NCBI GenBank assembly: GCA_041392305.1
Contig: JAWKMJ010000010.1
Span: forward strand, 29,879 to 93,878
Reading direction: 5' to 3'
Length of the DNA: 64,000 nt
Source: Crocinitomicaceae bacterium
GTDB taxonomy: Bacteria > Bacteroidota > Bacteroidia > Flavobacteriales_D > Crocinitomicaceae
In this document: positions 28,040-37,552 of the stretch, in pieces
Position numbering within the stretch: the first letter of the stretch is position 1
How the letters are laid out: the number at the start of each line of letters is the position of its first letter
Notes under the pieces: generated by a model
What the model was told of the DNA's origin: nothing
The model's database searches: none
Seen by the model: only the letters and a program-made list of their open reading frames with translations
Translations under genes and position numbers: made by a program

Positions 28040-30157
28040 ATGACAGTTATGAAAAGAAATATCCTATTCATATTTATTTTGAGTTTGCTTTCAGTGAATG
28101 CACAAGCTCAATTGGATCGTTCAAAAAGACCACCCGCTGGGGAAGAACCAAAGATCAATATTCCAGACCCTATTGTTTATAAATTAGACAATGGATTAAC
28201 AGTGATTCTAGTGGAAGATCATAATATTCCAAAGGTATCTTATAATCTAACAGTGGATGTACCTACTTTCAATGAAAAGCAATTTGGAGGTGTCGGAGTG
28301 TCTGATTTGGCTGGTGAATTACTTAATTCTGGTTCTCAGACGCTAAATAAAGATCAGTTAGATAAAAAAGTAGATCTATTAGGAGCTTCGTTTAATGCAA
28401 ATTCAAAAGGGTTTTTTGCCTCATCATTGAAAAAACATACAGATGAATTGTTGAATATTGTCTCTGATGTAATCTTAAATCCGGGATTTCCTCAAGATGA
28501 ATTAGACCGAATTAAAAAAACAAACAAATCCGGTTTAGAAACTGCAAAAAGTGATCCGGGAACAATGGCGGCAAACGTATCAAATGTCGCTAACTTCGGT
28601 AAGTCTCATCCCTATGGTGAAGTTCAAACGGCTGATGATGTAGATAACATTTCGTTAGATCATGTGAAGATGTATTACAAAACGTTTTTTAAACCGAATA
28701 TATCTTATTTGGTTGTCGTAGGAGACATCACATTAGATGAATTAAAAGCAAAGGTGGAAAAGGCTTTTGGTTCATGGAAAAAAGCGGATGTGCCTAATAT
28801 TCCTATTGCGGGAGTGAAAGTACCAACGAAGAATAAGGTGTATTTCGTACCAAAAAAAGGTGCCGTCCAATCCGAAATCCGAATTACTTTCCCTCTAGAT
28901 TTGAAACCTGGTGCCGAAGATGAAATGGCTGCTAAATTGATGAATAGTATCCTTGGTGGTGGTGTTTTTTCGGGACGATTGATGCAAAACCTTAGAGAGG
29001 ATAAGGCTTACACATACGGTTGTCGATCAAGTTTGAATTCTGATGAAGTATACGGAGATTTTATGACTACTGGATCTTTTAGAAATGAGGTCACGGATTC
29101 AGCTATTGTCCAAATTCTTGGAGAAATTCAAGGTATGTTGGATAAAGATATCACTGATGAAGAAATTTATAGAGCAAAAAAAGGGATGTCAGGCTCTTTT
29201 GTTCGAAGCTTGGAAAGCCCTTCTACAATAGCTTATTTGGCTCTAAGAAGAATTAAGTACAACTTACCTGCAGATTATTATCAAACATATTTGCAGCGAC
29301 TCGAAAAGATTTCTAAAGATGATTTGAAGGCCATGGCTAAGAAGTACCTGAGACCACAAGCCGCAAATATAGTGGTTGTTGGGAATGAGGATATCGCAGA
29401 GAAATTGGTGCCATTTGATGCGGACGGGAAATTGATTAAAATGGACTACAAAGGTGATGTTATTAAGGATATTAAGCCTGTTCCTGCAGGAGTAAGTGCA
29501 GAGCAAGTTTTAAAAGATTATGTCGCTGTTAAATTTGGAACTTCTGATTTGAAGAAATTAGAGAAGATGCGTAAAAAAGTAAAATCAATGAAATCTGTTT
29601 ATGAGATGAGTTTGGCTCAAGTTCCTCAACCACTCGAAATGGAAATGTACGCTGAAAAGCCAAATAAATTTATCAGATTAGTGAAAATGGGAACAATGGT
29701 AGTTCAGAAATCTTATTTTGATGGAGAATCGGGTGGTTCGGTTAGTATGCAAGGGAGCAAAAAGTTTTCCGAAGAGGAAAATGCTGATTATAAAACGGCG
29801 ACCACAATCTTTGAAGATATAGATCTTTTAAATACCGAAAACGTGAAACTTGAACTTCTGGGTATTGAAGAAGTTGATGGAAAGGAAGCTTATAAATTGA
29901 ATATCACTGAAGGTGAAAGTGATCCAAAAACCTACTTCATTGACTTGAAAACAAACCTTCCTTTAAAGATTGAAGCAGTGGAAGAAGCTGAAGGTCAAAA
30001 AACCTTTACTTCATCAGTTATTCAGGAATGGAAAGATATAGATGGAGTGAAATATGTTTCAAAGATGGAGATGAACGCTGGTGGAATGACTTTCCAGCAA
30101 ACTTTGAAATCTGTAGAAATGAATGTTAAAGTAGACCAAAATTTATACGGTCAATAA
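28040..30157 (+). CDS. M16 family peptidase-like protein (no HxxEH) with a C-terminal extension of about 230 aa
   Basis: 705 aa. The first 460 aa or so are M16 non-catalytic-type. It starts 4 nt after the partner gene. ATG 28049 (MKRNILFIF) is an alternative start. Confidence 0.75.
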   Translation: MTVMKRNILFIFILSLLSVNAQAQLDRSKRPPAGEEPKINIPDPIVYKLDNGLTVILVEDHNIPKVSYNLTVDVPTFNEKQFGGVGVSDLAGELLNSGSQTLNKDQLDKKVDLLGASFNANSKGFFASSLKKHTDELLNIVSDVILNPGFPQDELDRIKKTNKSGLETAKSDPGTMAANVSNVANFGKSHPYGEVQTADDVDNISLDHVKMYYKTFFKPNISYLVVVGDITLDELKAKVEKAFGSWKKADVPNIPIAGVKVPTKNKVYFVPKKGAVQSEIRITFPLDLKPGAEDEMAAKLMNSILGGGVFSGRLMQNLREDKAYTYGCRSSLNSDEVYGDFMTTGSFRNEVTDSAIVQILGEIQGMLDKDITDEEIYRAKKGMSGSFVRSLESPSTIAYLALRRIKYNLPADYYQTYLQRLEKISKDDLKAMAKKYLRPQAANIVVVGNEDIAEKLVPFDADGKLIKMDYKGDVIKDIKPVPAGVSAEQVLKDYVAVKFGTSDLKKLEKMRKKVKSMKSVYEMSLAQVPQPLEMEMYAEKPNKFIRLVKMGTMVVQKSYFDGESGGSVSMQGSKKFSEEENADYKTATTIFEDIDLLNTENVKLELLGIEEVDGKEAYKLNITEGESDPKTYFIDLKTNLPLKIEAVEEAEGQKTFTSSVIQEWKDIDGVKYVSKMEMNAGGMTFQQTLKSVEMNVKVDQNLYGQ

Positions 30158-30180
30158 AAAAATAGATTGTAGAGTTATGA

Positions 30181-30208
30181 AAAGGGAGTTATTAACTCCC
30201 TTTTTTTT
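30181..30208 (+). terminator. intrinsic terminator after the M16 pair
   Basis: AAGGGAGTT/AACTCCCTT perfect stem followed by T8. Confidence 0.8.
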
Positions 30209-30277
30209 GGAACGAATTTTGCATTTTAACTTTCAAATAGATTTGTTATCTTAGTGTCAATCAAAAAATTAAAAAAA

Positions 30278-30580
30278 ATGAAAGCAATATTTATAGCAGT
30301 AACAGTAATCGCTTTTGGATTTTCAATGGCTTCAATGTCTTCTTCCGAATCTAAAGTGAAAATAGAAATTAATGATAGTCAGCAGGTTCGTTTTTATAAT
30401 GAATGTAATACCTCTGTGGATTTCTATGTAAAAGGATCTGGGGGTACGACAAAGTACAGTGTTTCTGCAAAGAGCTCGAAAAATGTTGGAGTGAATCCTG
30501 GAGATAAGATTTTAGATTCAAGTAGAAACGAGATTGTTACAATATCTTCTTCTACTGATAAGGTTGTAGTTTGTGAATAA
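30278..30580 (+). CDS. hypothetical small secreted protein
   Basis: About 100 aa starting MKAIFIAVTVIAFGFSMA. The track gives a GTG start at 30254. Confidence 0.45.
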   Translation: MKAIFIAVTVIAFGFSMASMSSSESKVKIEINDSQQVRFYNECNTSVDFYVKGSGGTTKYSVSAKSSKNVGVNPGDKILDSSRNEIVTISSSTDKVVVCE

Positions 30581-30606
30581 TATTATCAATCTAGAAAATA
30601 CTAAAA

Positions 30607-30631
30607 GCGGTGGATTCCATCGCTTTTTTTT
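30607..30631. terminator. bidirectional intrinsic terminator
   Basis: GCGGTGG-ATT-CCATCGC stem (one G-U) followed by T8. On the minus strand it is followed by TTTT. It overlaps the yggS stop codon. Confidence 0.7.
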
Positions 30632-31292
30632 AGTTTCGGCTTCCAAAGATGCTGGAGCCTACCCTGACCATAGTACTGCCTTCTTCTATCGCTATTTGAA
30701 AATCACCACTCATGCCCATTGAAATCTCCTCGAACTCATTGTTGTCTACGAAAAATTCGGTTTTTAATCGATCAAAATAATTTTTAAGTTTTTGGAATTC
30801 ATTTCGGATTTGTTTTTCATCTTCAGTGAAAGTAGCCATTCCCATTACTCCATGGCAAGCAATTCCTCTCATTTCGTGATAATCGGCCGAATTTAACATT
30901 TCAGATACTTCTTCCCAGTCAAATCCAAACTTTGTGCTTTCCTGAGCAATGTGAAACTGCAACAAAATAGGCTGAATTCGATTGTTTTTTTCAGCTTGTT
31001 TGTTGATTTCTTCAAGAAGTCTAAAACTATCTACTCCGTGAATCAAATGCACAAAAGGAGCAATGTATTTGACTTTATTTCTTTGTAAATGACCAATCAT
31101 GTGCCATTCTATGTCTTTAGGAAGGGCTTCAAATTTCTCTACTAACTCAGGTACTCTGTTTTCTCCAAAAATACGTTGTCCGGCTTCATAGGCTTCCATG
31201 AGCATTTCGTTCGGTTTTGTCTTGGAAACAGCGACAAGAGTAACTCCTTCAGGAATCTGAGACCTTATTTCTTGAAGATTATCTTTAATCAT
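30630..31292 (-). CDS. yggS: YggS-family pyridoxal-phosphate homeostasis protein
   Basis: 220 aa. LVAVSKTKP (PLP lysine), FGENRVPEL, WHMIGHLQRNKVKY. Confidence 0.9.
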   Translation of the reverse strand: MIKDNLQEIRSQIPEGVTLVAVSKTKPNEMLMEAYEAGQRIFGENRVPELVEKFEALPKDIEWHMIGHLQRNKVKYIAPFVHLIHGVDSFRLLEEINKQAEKNNRIQPILLQFHIAQESTKFGFDWEEVSEMLNSADYHEMRGIACHGVMGMATFTEDEKQIRNEFQKLKNYFDRLKTEFFVDNNEFEEISMGMSGDFQIAIEEGSTMVRVGSSIFGSRN

Positions 31293-32517
31293 TTTCTAAA
31301 TCATAAATCGTCAAACCAGAACGTAATTTAGGTTCGATCCAAGTAGATTTTGGTGGCATGATTCTGTTCTCATCTGCAACTTGCTTGACATGGTCAATCG
31401 TAACAGGGTAGAGGGCAAAACCAATTTTAGCATCCCCTTTATCAATAGCCTTCTTGATTCCTTTCATGCCTTTGTCTCCACTAATGAATTGAATGCGCTC
31501 ATCCGTCTTCAGATCGTGGATTCCAAATATGGGGTTAAGGACATTCTTAGTCAGTATTTCTGCATCTAAACAATCAACCACATCTTGCTGATCAAAACTT
31601 CCTGGTTTAGGCTCAAGAATATACCATTTATTTCCAAGATACATCGTGAATTGATGTTCTTTGGTTGGCTTAACTAGTTCTTCTTCAGATTTTTTCAGAG
31701 TAAATTTTTCTGACAAAAGATCTTTTATCTCTTTCTTGGTATGCCCATTAAAATCCAATATCAATCTATTGAAGTCGTAGATTTTCAACCTTTCTTCATT
31801 CATGAACAGAGCAAGAAAATGTTGGGAAGGAAGATCCTTTTTACCCTTTTTTCTTTGAGCTAAAATACTGGAACTAGAACACCTGTGGTGCCCGTCTGCA
31901 ATGTAAGTGTCTTTAATTCGGTCAAAATGCTCGATTAAAGTGGCTTCGTATTGATGCGGAATGATCCACAATTCATGCGTGATGATATCTGTAGTAGTGA
32001 ATTCGTATTCAGGCCGGGAAAGAGTGACCAAATTCAAAATATCCTCAACAATCTCATCTTTTGGGTAGCTAATCAAAACAGGTTCTGCGTTAAAACCAGT
32101 AATTTCAAGGTAGTCGGCAAACATGTTTTCCCGTGAAGTTAGTGTTGCTTCATGCTTTTTGATATGCCCCTCGTCGTAATCCTCTACCGATGCCCCAGCA
32201 ATCAATCCCATGTAAGCATGTCCATTCTTAGTTTGGCGATAGATGTAAAAAGACGGTTCTTCCTCTTTAAACAAAATCCCTTCACTTAAAAATCGTTCAA
32301 ATTCTTTACGAATCATTTCATACCGTTCTCTGCTACCAGGAGCGGGCTTATTCTTCATGAAATAATCGGGAGTGATTACATGAATAAATGTAAAGGGATT
32401 GCTCTCTAACTTCGCCTTTAGGATAGACTTCTTGTAGGCGTAATATTGCTTAGAAATTACTAAATGCGCTTTATCCCTCGTTGGTCGAAATGCTCGAAAC
32501 GGTTTAATCTTAGTCAT
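31285..32517 (-). CDS. DUF1015 domain-containing protein
   Basis: 410 aa. The N-terminus KIKPFRAFRPTRDKAHLV and YIADGHHR are typical of DUF1015. The stop overlaps the yggS start by 8 nt. Confidence 0.75.
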   Translation of the reverse strand: MTKIKPFRAFRPTRDKAHLVISKQYYAYKKSILKAKLESNPFTFIHVITPDYFMKNKPAPGSRERYEMIRKEFERFLSEGILFKEEEPSFYIYRQTKNGHAYMGLIAGASVEDYDEGHIKKHEATLTSRENMFADYLEITGFNAEPVLISYPKDEIVEDILNLVTLSRPEYEFTTTDIITHELWIIPHQYEATLIEHFDRIKDTYIADGHHRCSSSSILAQRKKGKKDLPSQHFLALFMNEERLKIYDFNRLILDFNGHTKKEIKDLLSEKFTLKKSEEELVKPTKEHQFTMYLGNKWYILEPKPGSFDQQDVVDCLDAEILTKNVLNPIFGIHDLKTDERIQFISGDKGMKGIKKAIDKGDAKIGFALYPVTIDHVKQVADENRIMPPKSTWIEPKLRSGLTIYDLEND

Positions 32518-32548
32518 AAAACTCTACGAAAATCAGCTTTAGAAATTC

Positions 32549-33508
32549 TTATTTGAAATAAGCGATAATCTTTTCTGCCAATTCAGTTCCAATTCTTCCC
32601 TGAGCCTCATTTGTTGCGGCTCCAATATGCGGAGAAGAAGCTATTTTATCATGTTGCAATAAATCTGCTCTTGGATTTGGTTCGTTTTCAAATACATCCA
32701 AAGCAGCATAAGAAATTTTACCTGAGTCTAAAGCTTTAATCAAATCATCTTCATCAATTACACCTCCTCTGGCTGCGTTGATAATTCTTGCCCCGTCCTT
32801 CATTTTAGCAATTTCAGTTGATGTGATCACAGCCGAACCATCTGCTTGTTTTGGGACATGTAGAGATAAATAATCCAATTCACCAATAACAGAATTTAAG
32901 TCACTTACAGGAGTAACCGTAACGGTTGGATTGGTCATTCCTTCAATTGGAATTTCAATTTGAACAGGATTGGTGAACATGTCAACCGCAATCACTTTCA
33001 TTCCACAACCAAGTGCATAAGAAGCTAAAGCTTGACCAATTCTTCCAAATCCTACGATTCCTAAAGTTTTCCCTCTTAACTCTACTCCTTTACCGTATTT
33101 TTTCTTCAAAGTATTGAATTCCGCAACTCCATTTGCTGGCATTTGCTTGTAAGAATCATTCATGAATCTTGAAATTGAAAACATGTGTGTCATTACAAGT
33201 TCCGCAACTGATTGGGAAGAAGCTCCAGGTGTGTTGATTACTTCTCTTCCAATAGAACGAGCGTATTCCACGTCAATATTGTCCATTCCAACACCTCCTC
33301 TTCCGATCAATTTCATGTTCGGACAAGCGTCAATTAAATCTTTTCTAACTGTTGTTGCAGACCTCACTAATAAGGCAACATATCCTTCTTTATTGATTGC
33401 TTCAGCTAATTGATCTTGCTCAACTTTTGCTGTCACTACTTCAAAACCATTTTGTGTTAACAGGTCGATTCCTTCTTTTGAAATCCCGTCGTTAGCTAAT
33501 ATTTTCAT
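32549..33508 (-). CDS. serA: D-3-phosphoglycerate dehydrogenase (D-2-hydroxyacid dehydrogenase family)
   Basis: 319 aa. NAD motif LGIVGFGRIGQ and catalytic ARGGVIDE...SPHIGA. It is adjacent to serC. Confidence 0.8.
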   Translation of the reverse strand: MKILANDGISKEGIDLLTQNGFEVVTAKVEQDQLAEAINKEGYVALLVRSATTVRKDLIDACPNMKLIGRGGVGMDNIDVEYARSIGREVINTPGASSQSVAELVMTHMFSISRFMNDSYKQMPANGVAEFNTLKKKYGKGVELRGKTLGIVGFGRIGQALASYALGCGMKVIAVDMFTNPVQIEIPIEGMTNPTVTVTPVSDLNSVIGELDYLSLHVPKQADGSAVITSTEIAKMKDGARIINAARGGVIDEDDLIKALDSGKISYAALDVFENEPNPRADLLQHDKIASSPHIGAATNEAQGRIGTELAEKIIAYFK

Positions 33509-33514
33509 TTTAAT

Positions 33515-34585
33515 TTATGCGTATTTGTTTGCAAATTCTTTCATTACGTCTACCAAAACTTGAACGGAACTAATTGGTAGTGCGTTGTACATGGAAGCTC
33601 TATAACCACCAACACTTCTGTGACCTTTAAGTCCAACGATTCCGGCAGCGTTCCACATTTTATCAAATTCTTCTTTATGTGTTTCGTCTGTCAATACAAA
33701 AGTGACATTCATATTAGATCGGTCTTCTTTGGCAGTCGTTCCTTCAAACATCGGATTGCTGTCTATTTCTCCATAGATCAAATCTGCTTTGGCTTGATTG
33801 GCTTTTGCCATGGCAGGAACACCTCCAGTAGCTAGTAGATGTCTCAAATTCAACATCGCCACATAAACTGAATATACGGGTGGAGTATTGAACATAGATT
33901 CTTTTTCCACATGTGTTTTTAAATTCAAATAAGTAGGAATCGAAACGGATGATTTTCCTAAAATTTCATCTTTAACAATGAATAGAGTCGCACCAGCAGG
34001 ACCTAAATTCTTTTGAGCTCCAGCATAAATAATGTCAAAGTCTGCAACATTAATCTCTCTTGAAAAAATATCAGAAGACATATCGCAAACTACTGGAATA
34101 GACGATTTTGGAAATTCTTTAAATTGAGTTCCGAAAATGGTATTATTTGAAGTGAAATGAAAATAGTCACAATCACTAGGAACATTCACATTCTTAGGGA
34201 TATAATTAAAATTTTTATCTTCCGAAGAAGCGATTTCAATTGGAGTTCCCCCTGCATTTTTGCACTCTTTAATCGCCTTTGATGACCAAGTACCAGTATT
34301 GATATAAGCCGCTTTCTTGGTGTCTCTCATCATGTTCATCGCTGAAATCAAGAAACCTAAGCTGGCTCCTCCTTGAACAAAAGCTACAGAATATCCTTGT
34401 GGGACATTTAAAGCCTTTTTCACTAAATCCATTGCTTCATCCATAACAGCAACAAATTCCTTGGATCTGTGAGATACTTCAAGGATGGATAATCCTGTGT
34501 TATCAAAGTTTAAAACCGCCTCAGCTGCTTCTTTGAATACTTCCTGAGGTAAGATGCAAGGTCCTGCACCAAAATTGTGTTTCAT
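33515..34585 (-). CDS. serC: 3-phosphoserine aminotransferase
   Basis: 356 aa. NFGAGPCILPQEV at the N-terminus and GAQKNLGPAG (PLP lysine). Confidence 0.9.
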   Translation of the reverse strand: MKHNFGAGPCILPQEVFKEAAEAVLNFDNTGLSILEVSHRSKEFVAVMDEAMDLVKKALNVPQGYSVAFVQGGASLGFLISAMNMMRDTKKAAYINTGTWSSKAIKECKNAGGTPIEIASSEDKNFNYIPKNVNVPSDCDYFHFTSNNTIFGTQFKEFPKSSIPVVCDMSSDIFSREINVADFDIIYAGAQKNLGPAGATLFIVKDEILGKSSVSIPTYLNLKTHVEKESMFNTPPVYSVYVAMLNLRHLLATGGVPAMAKANQAKADLIYGEIDSNPMFEGTTAKEDRSNMNVTFVLTDETHKEEFDKMWNAAGIVGLKGHRSVGGYRASMYNALPISSVQVLVDVMKEFANKYA

Positions 34586-34696
34586 TATTAGTGATTTTAG
34601 AGTTTAAAATTCGGGTCAAAGATAACAATTAAAAGACTTTAGCTGTGTTCCCCCTAAATTAATTCTGTAAAAAATCTTTTCCCATTTAAGAATCCT

Positions 34697-34704
34697 TATT
34701 TTTG
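34697..34704 (+). promoter_or_regulatory. -7 box TATTTTTG upstream of lgt
   Basis: TAnnTTTG match, 21 nt before the ATG at 34726. Confidence 0.4.
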
Positions 34705-34725
34705 TTGAAATTTTAAAAATCACAA

Positions 34726-35790
34726 ATGGATTTATCTATAGTTTGGAATGTAGGTCCGGAGGTAATTCCGGGATTTGACAGACCCAACAAATACGCATTA
34801 TTTTTTATCGGTGGAATCATCTTAGGATACTACCTAATCAAAAGGATTTACGCCAAAGAAAAGGTGGATATCAAAGAATTGGACAATCTCTTAATGTGGG
34901 TGGTTGTTTCTACTATTGTAGGTGCCAGATTGGGACATGTTTTCTTTTACGACTGGGCATATTACAAGGAAAATTTGGGTGAAATCATTGCGGTATGGAA
35001 AGGTGGGTTAGCCTCTCACGGTGCAGCAATTGGAATCATTTTAGGTGTTTTACTTTATAAGAGATTTTCTTCTAAAATGCCCGTTTTATGGACGTTAGAT
35101 AGGGCAGTTATTGCTATTGCTATTGCTGGATGCTTTATTAGAGTAGGGAACCTAATGAATTCCGAAATTAAAGGAAAACCTAGTGACAGAGCGATGTCTA
35201 TCGTGTTCATGAAAAATTACGAGAAAAAACTTCACGGTTATTTTCCGGATTTTGAACTGACTTACAAAGCAACTGGTGAAGATTCTACTGTAAATGGTAT
35301 TGCATATCCGGAATATGAGATTACGGTCAAACTTCCTGAGAAAAACAACCAAGCGATCACGCAGTATATCGTAAATGAATCCAATAATGGAAGAAGTGAT
35401 ACTTATGAGATCCTGGCGATGAATAATAGTAAATTATCGGAGGATTTAATTCAAGAAGATCAGTTTACAATATACATGTATTTAATCCCTAGAATGCCAA
35501 CACAAATCTATGAAGCAATAGGCTATTTGGTTATCTTCCTTGGTCTATTTTTTCTATACTGGAAAACGAATGCCGGAAGAATTCAAGGGTTTATTTTCGG
35601 GGCATTCCTTATTGGTATTTTCGGCTTCCGTTTCTTTATTGAATTTTTGAAAGAAGGTCAAGCCGAAAGAGATGCTGAAACAATGATCAACACTGGACAG
35701 ATGCTGAGTATTCCATTTGTTCTAATTGGATTGTTTTTCGTATTAAGAAAGATCAAGGAATTAAAAAAGGGGTATCCAGAGGAAGGTTGA
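34726..35790 (+). CDS. lgt: prolipoprotein diacylglyceryl transferase with an extended internal segment
   Basis: 354 aa. WKGGLASHGAAIG, FIRVGNLMNSE and RMPTQIYEA motifs. About 90 extra residues lie between the last two motifs. Confidence 0.85.
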   Translation: MDLSIVWNVGPEVIPGFDRPNKYALFFIGGIILGYYLIKRIYAKEKVDIKELDNLLMWVVVSTIVGARLGHVFFYDWAYYKENLGEIIAVWKGGLASHGAAIGIILGVLLYKRFSSKMPVLWTLDRAVIAIAIAGCFIRVGNLMNSEIKGKPSDRAMSIVFMKNYEKKLHGYFPDFELTYKATGEDSTVNGIAYPEYEITVKLPEKNNQAITQYIVNESNNGRSDTYEILAMNNSKLSEDLIQEDQFTIYMYLIPRMPTQIYEAIGYLVIFLGLFFLYWKTNAGRIQGFIFGAFLIGIFGFRFFIEFLKEGQAERDAETMINTGQMLSIPFVLIGLFFVLRKIKELKKGYPEEG

Positions 35791-35794
35791 GTTC

Positions 35795-35897
35795 AAAATG
35801 CAAAATGCAAAGTTCAAAATTAGATTCACCCAATTTTGCACTTTGCACTTTTAACTTTGCATTCAAATAACTTTGCATTCAAATAACTTTGCATTCC
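35795..35897. repeat. imperfect inverted heptad repeat plus 16-bp tandem repeat (x3) between convergent genes
   Basis: TGCAAAATGCAAAG (35799-35812) is the near reverse complement of TTTTGCACTTTGCA, with one mismatch and one G-U. AACTTTGCATTCAAAT then occurs three times from 35853; the third copy is truncated. Confidence 0.85.
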
Positions 35898-35900
35898 AAC

Positions 35901-36725
35901 CTATCTCACATTGTGCACATGCACATCCATTTGTGGGAAAGGAATGTTCAATCCTTTGTCGTCGAAGTTTTCGTAGACCATTTTGTTGATATTGAAATAG
36001 ACAGGCCAGTAGTCTTCTGTTTTCGTCCAGACTCTTAAAGCAATATCCACGGAACTATCATTCAAGTTCACTAATCCAATAAATGGTTCTGGAGTACTTA
36101 AAATACGTTCGTCTTTTGAAATGAATTCCTTCAAGGCCTCCACAGCTGTTTCATATTTATCTCCGTACCCAATACCAATGGTAAAATCGACTCTTCTGGT
36201 TTCTTGGTGAGAGAAATTGGTTATGTTTCCATTGATGATTTGTCCATTAGGAAGGAAAATGGTTTTGTTGTCAACAGTTGTCAGAACAGTTTGAAAGATT
36301 TGAATTTCTTTAACGGTACCTGTTTCTCCTTGCATCGTTACAAAATCACCGAGTTTGAAAGGTTTAAAAATTAAAAGCATAACACCACCTGCAAAGTTCT
36401 GAAGGGAACCTGAAAAGGCCATACCCACAGCTAAACCTGCGGCACCAAGTAAGGCTACAAAAGAGGTCATTTCTAATCCTAATTCTGCCAAGGCAGTAAC
36501 AACTACCAAAATCTTAAGCATGGATACCAAAACCGACTGAAGGAATTTCCTTAGGGATTCATCAAGTTTTTGCCTCTCTAATACTTTCTGTAAGGCTTTT
36601 CCGATTAAGGTAACAACCTTAAATCCTATGATCAGAATCGCAACGGCAATGAGTAGATTAAGTCCAAAATCAACAAGTTTAACTTGAATTTTAGACCATT
36701 CGGTTTGAAAACTAAATAAGTACAT
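35901..36725 (-). CDS. mechanosensitive ion channel (MscS family)
   Basis: 274 aa. Three TM segments followed by the LGDFVTMQGETGTVKEIQIFQTVL beta-domain signature. Confidence 0.85.
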   Translation of the reverse strand: MYLFSFQTEWSKIQVKLVDFGLNLLIAVAILIIGFKVVTLIGKALQKVLERQKLDESLRKFLQSVLVSMLKILVVVTALAELGLEMTSFVALLGAAGLAVGMAFSGSLQNFAGGVMLLIFKPFKLGDFVTMQGETGTVKEIQIFQTVLTTVDNKTIFLPNGQIINGNITNFSHQETRRVDFTIGIGYGDKYETAVEALKEFISKDERILSTPEPFIGLVNLNDSSVDIALRVWTKTEDYWPVYFNINKMVYENFDDKGLNIPFPQMDVHVHNVR

Positions 36726-36762
36726 AAATTTTAAATTTTGTTTTTAATTTGCGAAAAAAAGA

Positions 36763-37515
36763 ATGTTTTTCATCATCTCCAAAATATTAGGCTTCTTCTT
36801 TAACCCTTTTAACTGGTTAATTTTACTGGCTTTAACGTTTCTTATAATTAAAAAAGCAAACATTCGAAAGAAGCTCAAAGTAACATTTTTAGTGGTGTTT
36901 TTCGTGTTTTCATACAAGCCATTGGTAATGCTTTTTATCAGTGGTTGGGAGACTGAGGGAAAAAGAATCGAGGAAGTGGGACATTACGATGTAGGCATAG
37001 TATTAGGAGGTGGATTTGAGTATGATAATGATCGACAAAGGCTAAGCATTCGAAGAGGGGGAGACCGACTTTGGTGTGCCATCCAATTGTTCCATCAAGG
37101 AAAGATCGACTATATATTGCTCACTGGTAAAAATGGAGACATCATAGATAAAGGTTTAGATGAATCCAATCAACTTAAGGAAGTCCTTGTTTCGAATGGG
37201 ATTCCTTCTGAAAAGATTTTAGTGGATTCCGAGTCGCAAAATACTTTTCAAAATGCACAGAATTCGAAAGTTATATTAGAAGAAAAAGGTTTTCAAAACG
37301 TTTTATTAATCACTTCTGCATTGCACATGCGTAGGTCCAGAGCCGTTTTTTCTAAGCAAGGCATCGAATTTGACGAGTTTCCAACAGATTTCTATGGTAA
37401 CGCAACTACTTGGGATCAATTTATATTTCCTTCTTTAGAGGCCATGCATTTATGGAATCAATATTTTCATGAGGTCTTTGGTTATATGGCTTATGGACTT
37501 TCTGGTAAGTTATAA
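36763..37515 (+). CDS. YdcF/DUF218 family protein
   Basis: 250 aa. GIVLGGG ... LLTGKNG ... LITSALHMRRS pattern of DUF218. Confidence 0.7.
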   Translation: MFFIISKILGFFFNPFNWLILLALTFLIIKKANIRKKLKVTFLVVFFVFSYKPLVMLFISGWETEGKRIEEVGHYDVGIVLGGGFEYDNDRQRLSIRRGGDRLWCAIQLFHQGKIDYILLTGKNGDIIDKGLDESNQLKEVLVSNGIPSEKILVDSESQNTFQNAQNSKVILEEKGFQNVLLITSALHMRRSRAVFSKQGIEFDEFPTDFYGNATTWDQFIFPSLEAMHLWNQYFHEVFGYMAYGLSGKL

Positions 37516-37552
37516 TGAACTTTTTCGACACGTATAAGTTAACCATTAGCGC

